DNA from: Trichinella spiralis
Lineage: Eukaryota
Length of the DNA: 64,000 nucleotides
Direction: 5' to 3'
Assembly (NCBI RefSeq): GCF_000181795.1
Contig: NW_003526943.1
Coordinates: forward strand, 3,747,228-3,811,227
Shown: one piece after another, positions 14,187 through 26,900 of the stretch
Position numbering within the stretch: position 1 is the stretch's first letter
How the letters are laid out: every line of letters begins with the position of its first letter
Position numbers and translations under genes: made by a program
The notes under the pieces: model-generated
Databases searched by the model: none
What the model saw: only the letters and a program-made list of their open reading frames with translations
Told to the model about the DNA's origin: nothing

Positions 14187-15042
14187 TTATAAATCATAAC
14201 GCCGAGCGCGAGCCTTTCTCCGAACAATTCTTTCCAGATCATCTTCAAATTCGGTCTTTAATATGCGAAGCTTCTGCTCAGAATTGCTACAGTGGCTATA
14301 AAAATTTCTAACCACACTCATTGCGAGGGCAACGTATTTAAGAGTGGGTACGTCTCTATCTGAATCTGAGAGCTCTGAAAAATACGGAATAAAATTTTAA
14401 TAAATTTGACCTAATATAATATACTTTGTATACCTTCTAATGCTTTTCCTAAATCACATCCATTTGATGTGAATTCGCATTTCCGCACCACTGAGGGTAG
14501 ATGCTTATCTGTCTGCCTGTCCGTCTTTTGTTTCCCTTAATTTAATTAACGAACATAAAAAATAACAAAAATAAATTAAGAAATAACTTAAATTTACCTC
14601 GCTTATCGCAACAGAGGTTATGTCGAATCTTAAAACGATGAAGCCATCCGTTGCTCGCCTGAAAATCATTGATTTCCAGCTGAGATGCAAATTCTAAAGC
14701 TTTCTTTTTAATTGCAGCATTTGTTGGTATAGAATTCCTCGCTATAATACAATGCATTATGCATATACTAAAAACAAATTAATTAATATTACCTGCTTGT
14801 TCATCATAGTACATTTTAATCATGATATCAATTTCTCTGAACTTCACTTTCGGATAAATATAGGCTTTGCTGTTGCCAGGGCGAGATGTTAGAGAATTCT
14901 TAATCGGACCTGTTCTTCCCATTGGCTTCGATGCTTTATCAGGAGTTGGTTTTATCGCCAGGTTTTTCTCTTTAATCATTTTTATCGTTGCATTTCCTTG
15001 TCGATCCTTTCTCAGTCTGACGTGCACTCTTTCGACTGCCAT
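14187..15042 (-). CDS. Spliced CENP-B/pogo-derived HTH protein, 4 exons, 227 aa, no DDE domain
   Basis: Exons 15042-14793, 14741-14598, 14535-14434 and 14374-14187 are joined by three phase-1 GT-AG introns (51, 62 and 59 bp) into one open frame. It encodes a CENPB-type HTH (KFREIDIMIKMYYDEQAARNSIPTNAAIKKKALEFASQLEINDFQASNGWLHRFKIRHNL) and the C-terminal helix pair VPTLKYVALAMSVVRNFY...EFEDDLERIVRRKARAR. Confidence 0.8.
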
Positions 15043-16683
15043 TATAAACTGAAAAGTCATTCACTTTATAATAAAATCCAAGATACTGCATAAAGTAATA
15101 TCCTCATCACAACACAATGCTGAAAATAGCAACGAAGTTACGCAACAGATCTCTGAAAACGAGCGCAATAAAGTAACCCTTCTTTTAGTGATAATTAAGA
15201 CTAATCACGTAAACAAGAAAAGCGCATATTAAAAATAGAATTTTTAAAATATGAATATACAGGTTTAAATTAAGATATCTTAAATTATTTAAACGCAATT
15301 TTATTTTTTACTATACGTGAGTTTTCGTGCTTAGACAAATATACAGTATGGAAAGTATTACTGTAGCATGAGCAATAATTCATTAAAATAATAATCAGTA
15401 TTGGTAAAGCCATGCTAGTGTCGTTGATTCTTTAACATATTACTTAAAAAATAATTTTTTGCAGGAATTTGAAAAAAATTTTAAATATTTAAAGTGCCAA
15501 AGGAAAGGAGGTCAACCTTTCAAAATTACATTAGAATTGATGAAGTATTATAAAGGCTCATAAAATAGAAAACTGATCTATAAATTTTTTTTTATTTATT
15601 TTATGTCAAATTAATTGAACATATGTGCTTTACAAATACTTTTAAATTATCAATTAAAATCATCATTACATAACTTAAAAAATAAATGTTTAATTTAAAA
15701 AATGCATAAAAATCTGAGAAAACTAATTATAATATATCACTTTACAAGAATTATAGTCTTAAAGACTGAAAAAATAGTAGTTTTTTATTGATGTAAATGT
15801 TCATACGATTAAAAATTTAAGTTTTACCCATATTTATATTATTTTGTTGAAATAAATATGAAAATTGTAAAATAATTATAATTATATTCATTATTTTATT
15901 ATTTTGCTACGAATTTAAGTAAACTGTAAGTGACACACTTTTAATGTTACTTGAAAATCCATTAAGTTGAATGTTTACGTTCGCATTGCCAGTTTGTTAA
16001 CTTCTTTTGTATTGTTGTGCGATACTGTTCAGTTGCTGTCATTGCGTTGTCTTCGTATATTTTCCGACCCGTAGCACAAATTGTTAATAGTTGCTTATTT
16101 TTATCTCGATTATCAGTTAATTATCAACTTGGTTATAAAGCTTTCGGCCTGCAGTCATCTACCCTTTTGAAAAAAAGCACTTTTTCCGTAAGTGGTATTT
16201 TATATTAAAAATTTCAGTCTCATTTCTTTCATGCCTAACGTTTTATATAAGTTAAACAAGCTTGTATATTGCTTGACGTTCCAATTTGAAGAATACAATT
16301 TTGATAAGTGATTCTTATATTACATTATTTTTTGTAGTAACTTCGAAGAAAGCATTTTTACAAGCATTTTAATTAAGGATTTTATATTTTATTATGACTT
16401 ATATATTTCTTAATTCTTATGACGTATGCATGACATGGAGACATTTCTTAATTCTTATAGTCGGGTATGTAATTATGCCGTTAATAAATTTTAAAAGATT
16501 GTTAATAGTTGTTATCCTTCTGGTACTTTTTTCAATCTTTAGTCTAATTTATCTAGCTTTCTTTACTGATTTATTATTTATTGCAAATTGATGGCAATTT
16601 ATTTTTTTTAATGAGCTTGTTCCATTTTGTTTAAGAAGTGCATTTTTTGAATTCAAAACAGTTATTGATTTTTATAGGCAAGC

Positions 16684-19600
16684 ATGAAAAATTCTGAAGA
16701 GTCACCAAATACAAGTAATTCGAAAGGAACCTCAAAAAAGAAAAATGTGGATGTGCCACATTCTGATCCACTTGGAGTTTTTGAATCTCTTGATGAAATT
16801 AAAGCAAGTGGAAAGAAACGTCCTACTATTGAATCGATTTATCAAAAAAAGTCTCAGTTAGAACATATTCTTATTCGTCCAGATACTTACATAGGTTCTA
16901 TTGAACCTCACACTGAAGTATGTTTTTTCATTTTTATTTAAGGTGAAGTTGCTACACATATAATCTGTATACAATATGCAATCTGTATGCTTGCTTTATA
17001 TAACAGGCTGGATTCAATGAATTTCTTTTATTTAAAATATTGATAAACCTTACTTTAAACGTTTTGTAATTTCACATTTTCACTTCATTATTTTCATTTA
17101 TTTACGTTATGAGTTTATTGAGGATGCCTCTTCAGAAACTGAATATTTCTTTGTTTTATAGAACATGTGGGTTTTTGATGAAGAACAGCAAAAGATGGTT
17201 ATACGTGAACTAACATACGTTCCGGGATTGTACAAAATTTATGATGAAATTGTTGTCAATGCAGCTGACAACAAACAGCGGGACCCGAGCATGAACTGCA
17301 TTAAAATATCGATAAATGCGTAATTCTGTTTATGCAATTTTTGAAATAAATAAACATTGTGTGATGCTTTAGAACTAAAAATGAAATCATGGTATGGAAC
17401 AACGGCAAAGGAATACCAGTGGTAGAGCACAAGGAGGAAAAGATGTATGTCCCAGAAATGATTTTTGGCACACTGTTGACATCTTCTAATTATGATGACA
17501 CGGAAAGAAAAGTCACTGGTGATTTGCTTTTTATTAACGTTCATTTCAAGCATTTAAATTTGTTTTGTATGATGATCATCATGCTAATTTGATAAATATG
17601 AAATGATATTGCGATCTGAAAGAATTTTTTTGTACATATTTGTTTTCTTCTTATTTATTATGATTGATTGTTTATGTAATTGTTCAGGTGGTCGCAATGG
17701 TTATGGTGCTAAATTGTGCAACATATTTAGCAAACGATTTGTAGTTGAGACAAGTTGTCGAGAGTACAAGAAACATTTTAAGCAGGTATGTTGACTTTTT
17801 AATCTACTCGTAAAGTTGAATATTATTGTGATTGATTAAGGTGTGGACAAAAAATATGACAGCAACAGAGAAGCCTGTCATTTCTGATTGCGTAGATCAA
17901 GATTTTACGTGCGTCCGTTTTATCCCAGATTTAGATAAATTTGGCATGGAAAAGTTAGATGATGATATTGTTGCGTTGATGTGTCGCCGAGCGTATGACA
18001 TCGCTGGATCTACTAAAGGAGTGAAAGTGTTTTTAAATGGCAAACGTATTCCGGTGTGTTTATGTATATACGTTTATAAATTTTTTTGATATGTTATTTT
18101 TTTGTTTTGCTTGGCCAGGTCCTTGGATTTAAAGAATACGTCGATTTGTACTTGAAAGATCGTACTACTGATACTGGAGAACCATTGAAAGTTGTTTACG
18201 AACAACCACATCCCCGTTGGGAAGTAGCGGTGGCTGTTTCTGACCGTGGGTTTCAGCAGGTCAGCTTTACCAACAGCATAGCTACAACAAAGGTTTGATT
18301 GTTTCGAAAAATCTTATGTCAAAATATGCTTGCAGTTTTGTTTGTCTATCTTTTTGCAGGGAGGTCGTCATGTTGATTATGTTTGTGACGGTATTGTGGA
18401 GAAAGTGATTGAAAATGTGAAAAAACAGACAAAAAAGACTGGAATGAACGTCAGACCATTTCAAGTGAATTCTTTGTTTTTCTCGTGAATTGATTGAATA
18501 ATGTTCACTGTTTGTGCGTTGCATTGCAGGTGAAGAACCACTTGTGGCTGTTTATAAATTGTTTGATCGAAAATCCGACTTTTGATTCTCAGACAAAAGA
18601 GAACATGACACTTCAGCCAAAAAGCTTCGGTTCCAAGTGCACATTGAGCGATAAATTCTTTTCCCAAGTGCTGAAATGTGGAGTTTTGGAAAGTGTGCTG
18701 TCTTGGTTGCAGTACAAGGCTCAGGTTTGAGATATTCGCCATTAGCCTGCGCGTTGCGTTGAGCAGCTCGCCAACAAGGGTGACAAATTTATTTTGCAGG
18801 CGCAGTTGGACAAGAAATGCCATTCTACTAAGCATTCGAAGTTGAAGGGTGTGCCGAAGCTTGAGGACGCCAACGAGGCAGGTACAAAGAATTCTCACCG
18901 ATGCACGCTGATACTTACCGAAGGAGATTCGGCCAAATCGTTGGCCGTGGCCGGCTTTAGCGTCGTAGGACGGGATTTCTACGGTGTATTTCCGTTGAAA
19001 GGCAAAGTGTTGAATGTGCGAGAAGCGAATTACAAGCAGGTAAATTGATTAAAACTTTAAAAATAAAATTAAAAGAACAGAAATTGAAATCAACCCTGTG
19101 CGAATAGATTATGGAAAACGCCGAAATTAATAATTTGATCAAAATCATCGGTCTGCAATATAAGTGCAAATATGACACGTCAGAGCAGATGAATAGTCTT
19201 CGTTACGGCAGGGTGATGATCATGGCTGATCAAGATCAGGATGGATCTCATATAAAAGGATTGGTGATCAATTTTTTTCACCACAATTGGCCAAACTTGC
19301 TTCGTCGCAATTTTATCGAAGAATTCATCACGCCAATTGTCAAAGCGACCAAAGGCAGAGAGGAGTTGCAGTTTTTTAGCATTCCTCAATATTTTCAATG
19401 GAGGGCAGAAACGGCCAATTGGAAAGCTTGGAAAGTAAAATACTACAAAGGTAATGGAAAATTTTTTTTCCATTGTCTCTAGGAAATTAAGTATTTATTC
19501 AGGTTTGGGTACTTCGACGGCGAAAGAAGCGAAGGAGTATTTCACCAATATGGATCGCCATCGTATAGTTTTCAAATACGAGGGTCCGACGGATGATGAT

Positions 19601-22600
19601 GCGATTGAGTTGGCGTTTAGCAAGAAAAGAGTGGAAGATCGTAAAAATTGGTTGGGCGATTGGATGTTGCATAAGAAACAAATTCAAGAGGCTAATTTAC
19701 CAGAAGTTAGACAATTGGGCTTGCATTTAGATTTTTTTGTTCGTATTTTGTTCATGAATTGTTGGTTTCCTTTAGGAATATTTGTACCAAGAGGATACGA
19801 AAGAAATTTCTTATAAATCGTTCATCGACAAAGAGTTGATTTTGTTCAGCAACATGGATAACGAGCGTAGCATTCCTTCGATGGTTGATGGCTTGAAGCC
19901 TGGACAACGAAAAGTTTTGTTCACTTGTTTCAAGCGCAACGATAAACGAGAAGTGAAAGTCGCTCAGCTAGCTGGTTCCGTTGCTGAACATTCAGCTTAT
20001 CACCACGGCGAAGTCAGTCTGATGAGCACCATTATAAATTTGGCTCATAATTTCGTGGGCAGCAATAACATCAACATATTGCTACCGATTGGTCAATTCG
20101 GCACTCGACTTCTCGGCGGCAGAGATGCGGCCAGTGCAAGATACATTTTTACCATGCTTAGGTGAATATTTCCCCCCTCCTCCCTTCTTTTTTCTTTCCT
20201 GTATTGTTGCTTCTCAGCAAAACGTGTTTCATTCATTTAATGATTTTTTTCTATTCTTCAGTCCCGTCACAAGAGCGATGTTTTGCACGGATGACGAACC
20301 GAATTTAAATTTCCTATTTGAAGATAACCAAAAAATCGAGCCTTTTTGGTATTGTCCAATTTTGCCCCTCGTATTGGTCAACGGCTGTGAAGGAATCGGC
20401 ACTGGCTGGTCAACTAAAGTTCCTAATCACGATCCGAGAATTGTAGTGAAAAACTTGAAGCGTTTGATGAACGACGAAGAGTTGCTTCCAATGGTATGTT
20501 TGTTGAGATTTATATTTCATCTTTTCTTAAATGTATTTGGTGTTCAGTATCCGTGGTACAAAAATTTCCAAGGTGAAATTTCTACTTTGAATGCCAGTCG
20601 TTTTGTATGCTTTGGTGAAATTGCTTCTGTCGACGACACGACATTGGAAATTACTGAACTGCCAATTGGAACGTGGACGCAAAATTACAAGGAATCAGTA
20701 CTGGAACCAATGCTTTACGGAGCTGATGGGAAGCAGCCGGTTATTCAGTAAGCGGATGATCAGTAGTGTTTCACTTTATTATAACGTTTGTATAATCATC
20801 GCAGAGATTTCAAAGAGTACCATACGGACACCACTGTGCGTTTCATCATTCGCATGAGCAAAGAGAAAATGGCTGAAGCGAACGCTCATGGAATTCACAA
20901 ATATTTCAAGCTGCAAACTATCATAAATTCTTCATCAATGGTTATTTTTTTTTCTTAATGATTTTTCATGTTTGATTTTTTGAAAGTAATTTTTGAAGGT
21001 GCTGTTTGATGAACACGGCTGCTTGAAAAAATTTGAAACCGCTAAAGACATTTTGATATCATTTTACAAGGTTCGTTTGGACATGTACGTCAAGCGAAAA
21101 GCTTATTTGGAAGGTCATTTGGAAGCGCAAGCAAATCGACTCAAAGCTCAGGCGCGCTTTATCATGGAAAAAATTGAAGGCGTGATCAAGATCGAAAACA
21201 TGAAAAAGAAACACATCGTAGAGCAGCTAGTCGAACGGGGTTATCCGGCTGATCCAGTGAAAAAATGGAAAGAGGCTGAAAATATGAGAAAGGTAAAATG
21301 AAAATTTTGATGCTTGATTTATTTTTCTTTCGTCTTCTCTAAGGTGAATTGGTTTTTCAGTTGAAAGCAATGGAAGAATTTGTCGATGAAACGGACGAAG
21401 CTAACGAAGTAGAAGAAACAGGAGCAAATGAAGAAGATGTTTGTTTGTCTGATTATGATTATTTGTTGTCGATGGCTTTGATTCGTCTGTCCGAAGAGGA
21501 GAAGGACAAACTGTTGAAAGATCGTGACGTGAAAATTGACGAATTGAACAGTTTAAAGGCGAAAACGCCGAAAATGCTTTGGATAGAAGATTTGGACAAG
21601 TTTTTGGATGTTCTAGACAAGCATGAACTGTCGGAAAAAGAAGAAGCAGCTTCTGCCGTGAAGGGAATAGTTACCAGCGGCAAAGGGAACAAAGCTTCTT
21701 CTAGAAATGCGAGGAAGAAAGTCAGCACGATTACTGCGATGCCAGAAAGCGAGGGAATTCGAATTCCGCCACAGATTACCAGTGATTTGCGTGAAAAAGC
21801 TGAAAAGGCTGATCAAGTGAAACAGCGCATGATCAATCTTGTAAATGCTCATTCACTTTTGCTCTTTTAATTACATTCGATTATTATAATTGGCGGATTG
21901 GTTATTTTATCAGAGAGAGGCGGCAAAAGCGGGCGATGAGGAAGCGATCAAGAAGTTGGCCAAGCGCAAGCGGATCACTGGTCCACGCACTGTTGCCGGT
22001 GCCAAAGTCGTCGCCAAAAAGACAAGTATGTGTTGTTGGTGGTGGTGATTGTGATTGTATTATTTTTTTTTTCACTTCTGAAGTATGGAATGTTGTTTTA
22101 GAAGAAAAAGAGCTCGAAAATGGTCAAAACGAAGATCAAGAACCGGCGGAGGTTTTTTTGTGTTTTTTTTTCTATTTTATCCATTTTCTTGAAAATTTGC
22201 ATTGATAGGATGCATCGAGACCGACAAGGAAAATTCAGAAGAAACTGCAGTTTTACAATTTTCAACCTTTTGATTCAGACGCGAGTGCTGATGATGACGA
22301 CGACGGCGATGATTTCGACGATGACTACAAAGTCAGCGATGACAGTGGTGACTCTGTTGTGAATGAACGAAAGGTAGGTAGATCGATAGATATACAGATG
22401 CTTGGCTGAAATTATTGCAGTTATTAATTTTTTTTTATTTTGAAAGCTTCAGCTGACTGGGAAAAAGAAAGCTAAGAAAGATCAAGAAACCAAAGCTGGC
22501 CCGAGCAAACCGCGGAAAAAAAGTGCTTCACCAAAAAATAAAGCTGTTCAGAAAGGTGATGATTATTTTTATTTTACGAATTGCAGTGAAACTTTTTTTT

Positions 22601-22755
22601 CACTCTGGTAGTGTATTGGTTTTTTTGTAGGTGAAACATCGAAGAAATTGAAAAAGAAAGCGGTGAAAGAAAAAGCTTCTCCTGGTTTGAAAAGGAAAAA
22701 GAGGCGAGTTGTAATCGATGACAGCGACGACACTGACGATTATTCATCTGATTAA
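16684..22755 (+). CDS. top-2: DNA topoisomerase II (type IIA), about 20 short introns
   Basis: Motifs: YQKKSQLEHILIRPDTYIGS, GHKL motifs (DEIVVNAADN, GGRNGYGAKLCNIFS), TOPRIM (LTEGDSA, PLKGK, IMADQDQDGSHIKG), DGLKPGQRK, and catalytic ASARYIFT (Tyr codon 20142-20144), followed by an acidic/basic C-terminal domain. Stop TAA at 22753-22755. Confidence 0.97.
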
Positions 22756-23919
22756 AAAAATGTCAAAAAAAGGGCATTTAACACTGAATGATTGTGCATA
22801 TTGTTCTTCAACTACTTCAGTCTTAGCATCTTTCTCATAATGACTTTTTTAATTAAATTTAAATCAATTTTTTAAATTGTGGTAATGTTTATATTTTACT
22901 GGAGAAATTATTCCACGAACAACTGCCCGTATTGATAATTTTGCAAAGTTACAATTTTAATAGTATCTGCAGAATATCATTTTTCCATTTATTCCTATTT
23001 TTATGTTTTTATTTAGTTTTTTTTGCTTATTAAAAATAAACAGTTAATAATTGACTTGTGTTCTCAGCGCATTGTTAGTTTGGATTTTAACAATTCACAA
23101 ATAAATGCAGTCTTGAACTTAATCAGTCGATTTATATTGCATTCAATTTTTATTTTGTAATTATTTAAAATTTACAGTTTAACAAATTCAACAAAATAGA
23201 TATTTGCACTACATTACATTGAATGTGCAAATTGTATTGCAAAGTTTGAAAAATTAAAAAATAAATTGTCTGTTTTGTTTTTTATTATTCACAATTAATT
23301 TACTAATACAGTTTTTTAATTATGCTTCTCTTTTTGGCGTTATCGATGCATTTTTGCTAGCTTACGTGTAACAAGTTCAAATAGAAAGTGGACAAATTTT
23401 TTCTTTAATTGATTTGAAATTGCGAGCAATTTTTAATATCTAAAGCAGCGTTTCTCAAACCTTATCATTAATAAATATAGTAAGAAACAGTTGGAGTTCA
23501 TTTTTAATAATTTTAGAGTAGTGATTACATTATGTGACTCGTTCAAATGTGAATAATGCAGAATGATAATTTGTTACAGAGGCAGCAGGCATTTGCAAGG
23601 CAGAGTTTAAAGTTACTGTGTCCAAAGAATGAGAATAAAATAAATCAGATGACAAAATTTCACTTATAATCACTAATGAATGAATAAATTCACTCATTAA
23701 AGAAAAAACATCCCAACATTAAATGAAATAATTCATAATTCTTATGTACAATCATATCGACATCAGTAGAAGAGTACAATTTATTCAATCTAGTGTTTCC
23801 ATTCAACAATGCATAAACAAAGATGAGCTTCAAATGCAAAAAAGAATACTAACCAAAATTATAAATTTGCTGCAATTTATAATTCATAATCAAATTTTCA
23901 AATACTGCTATTCGGATGT

Positions 23920-26900
23920 TCATGTGTAAAATGTGAGAACTGATCGTTGATTGCCTCGTACAAGCAACACTGGTGGCATTCCTCTTGTCAGCACATCCAA
24001 CCAAATCATGTAAAGCAAATCAGAGCATACGCGACGTCGTGGTATTGGCATTGTTCTGGAAATGGAAATTAAAAATATTATTGTCATACTGAAAGCTAAA
24101 TTTACAACAGTAAAAAGCAAGCATACATCACAATCAATGAAGCGTCACTGGAATTGGAAAGCATGAACTCCCTCGTTCGAAGATGTCGCCAAGTCTGTAT
24201 AAAAAAATTAAACGTTGAAATTAATTTCGTCATTTCGTTTCGAAAAAAAAACTTCATTTCTGATTTACCCTACTATGCTCAGCTAATAATTCAGATTCAC
24301 TCAAAGCTCCTGTTCCAAGAAATGGCAAAATTGACTCTTGAAAATCATCCAAACTGAAACAAACAAATAATAATTGCAAAGATATGATTTAAAATTTTCG
24401 ACCTTTTTACAAAATAATCATACCTCTTCTGATCAGGTTTTTTTGTAATATTCGGAATGGCAGTCACTTCTGTACATCCAACCCTGAATTTACTGAGCAA
24501 CGTAGCCATGCTAATTGAACAAATTAAAATCAATTACAATTCAAATTTTGTTCATAAAAATGTTCACCTGGTCTCCTGATGTTCCAACTCTTTATTGTTC
24601 GCAATTGTGAATACTCGCAGTTTGGCACCTTCCAAATAAGATTTGGGAAGTTGAAGCAAGTAAGGAAGCAGAAGAGTCAAACCTACAAAAATAATGTATC
24701 TGGTTTTTCTTTTTTAATTTCAAAATTTCCTTAAAAATTTTCCACGTTGATTCACTCACCTCCATCATCAAATAGCCAATAAACGTCGATTGTAGCATGT
24801 TTCACTTTTTGTCTGAAAAGATCTTTTTTCAAATAAAAATTGTACTTTTTAAGCGTTTTGTTCTTTTTTGAAAAATTTTGGTAAATTGTTTTCTTTGGCT
24901 TCGCATTATTAGATGTCTCGATTTCTGATTTAAGCTCGTCTTCGTCCATTTCAATAGTGAACGCTAAAATTATTATTATTATTATTATTATTGTAAAATT
25001 AATTATAATAAATTAGAAATTGTTGCTATTTGTGAAAAATATCGAGTGTATGAGGGGTTTCAATTGAAAACAATTTTCAATCAGCTTAATCGAATCGATC
25101 ATCCAGTTATTGTTAATCAACATTTATGAACAATTATTCATGAAAACCTACTTTGGCAATCATTGATACTTGCTTTCAATTCGGGATTATTGGTCTGCTG
25201 TTGTTCCTCTTGATCCATTAATGGTTTACATTCGTCCACATTTTCTGAAGCAGTCACATTTTCAGAATTGCAACGAAAAACGCAAACACCAAAATCAGCA
25301 TCAAATGCCAATCTGAAACAACGCAAATTGTGTAAACTGACATTCTTCTGTGTAAAAGGCAGAACAAAATAACCCTATAGTGGTAACGTATTCGACTATG
25401 TCATCAAGTTTGCTGGTTTTCCAGTTATTTTTGAAGCCCAAAAGAAGAATGTTTGGTTTCAATTTTCCAAGACCAGAAATCTTTAAAGCAACTCATAAAT
25501 TTAAATCGAAACAAAATTACCAAAAATAAACGGAAAAACTTTACTTGTAAAAGCTGTCGAACACCATCGCTCAGGCTTGCACTGCTAACGGCGTGGAAAA
25601 AGGCGCGATATTTGTTTTTAGCTAACCAGGCTGTACACTTTGCCTCTTCAGCACTGACTGTTGAAATTAAACTGTCCGGATTATCAGAGACAATTACTTC
25701 GGCACTAATCAGAAGACAACTATCTTTGGTGATGCTCGTGGCAAAATTCAAAAGATGATTACATTCAGACAAATTCCCTGTTAATACTAAAATTTGTGGC
25801 CTAAAAATATAAAAGATTATATATATATATATATGAGCAGTTTATTGATAAAACAGAAACCTGTAATTTTTCACATGCTCTTCTGTATTATCAAGACGGT
25901 GCATCGCGTTCAAAGCGTTTCTCAAAGCATGCGCTTGTCCACTTGATCCCCAATTTACGTCTAAATTAATTCAAATTTTATTTAAAATTATAAAAATTTC
26001 TATTTCTTAAAATAAATTTAAATTTAAATTGTATAAATTATTTGCTACCATTCTGTACTCATGAAAATAGAACCTTCATTTCATAATACTGTATCATTTT
26101 ACAGTTCTCATTTTCGATGGCGCAAGTAAATATAATTGTTGCTATTTGTGAAAAATATGGAATTGGAAAAAAAAATTCGCTGCCATGGCACCTTTCAAAA
26201 GAAATGCAGCATTTCAAGAAAATGACAACATCAGTCAGTGATCCGAATAAAATAAATGCGGTAATCATGGGACGCAATACGTGGTACTCCATACCGGAGA
26301 AGTATAGACCACTTAGTGGTAGGTTTAACATCATCATCAGCGGCACTATGCCTCAACTAAGCGACGAAGATGTGATTGTTACTTGGCATTGGCGTGAAGC
26401 TATCGAAATAGTTGAGCATCCAATTTCTAAAAAAGCCATTGAAACATTTTGGATTTGCGGTGGCGCAAAACTGTACAACGATGTGATAGAATCTGGTCTT
26501 TGGAATCGCTTGTACGTCACTTGGATAATGAAGGAATTTGACTGTGATGCATTTTTTTCGTTTCCAGACAAAAATACAATCAAGCTTGTCGAAGATGATC
26601 GTATTCCAAGTGATATACAAGTCGAAAAAGGTATCCATTACAAATACGAAGTTTATGAAAACTGTATGAAAATGCAGTCTTAACTATTTATTTTTATCAC
26701 AGAAATGAGTAATAAAAGGGTATCTATTGGAATTTTGTTGAACGTAAAATTTAAGCTGAAGTGAAATGTTTTTGATGTTTTAGTGATCCAGTTTTAAATA
26801 ATCATAGTAATTAGTAATAAATTAAAGTAAACTGGCTTTTGAATTCAAATATTTGTATTGGTATTTTAAAAATATGCTTTTAGTGGCAAATTATTTTTAT

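Noticed and set aside
18086..22362. Many short ORFs on both strands in the ORF track
   Set aside because: The plus-strand ones are top-2 exons running into introns, and the minus-strand ones are shadows. They are not separate genes.
26117..26683. DHFR as a bacterial horizontal transfer
   Set aside because: Its length (188 aa) and the [17 protein letters not shown] insertion are typical of animal DHFRs.
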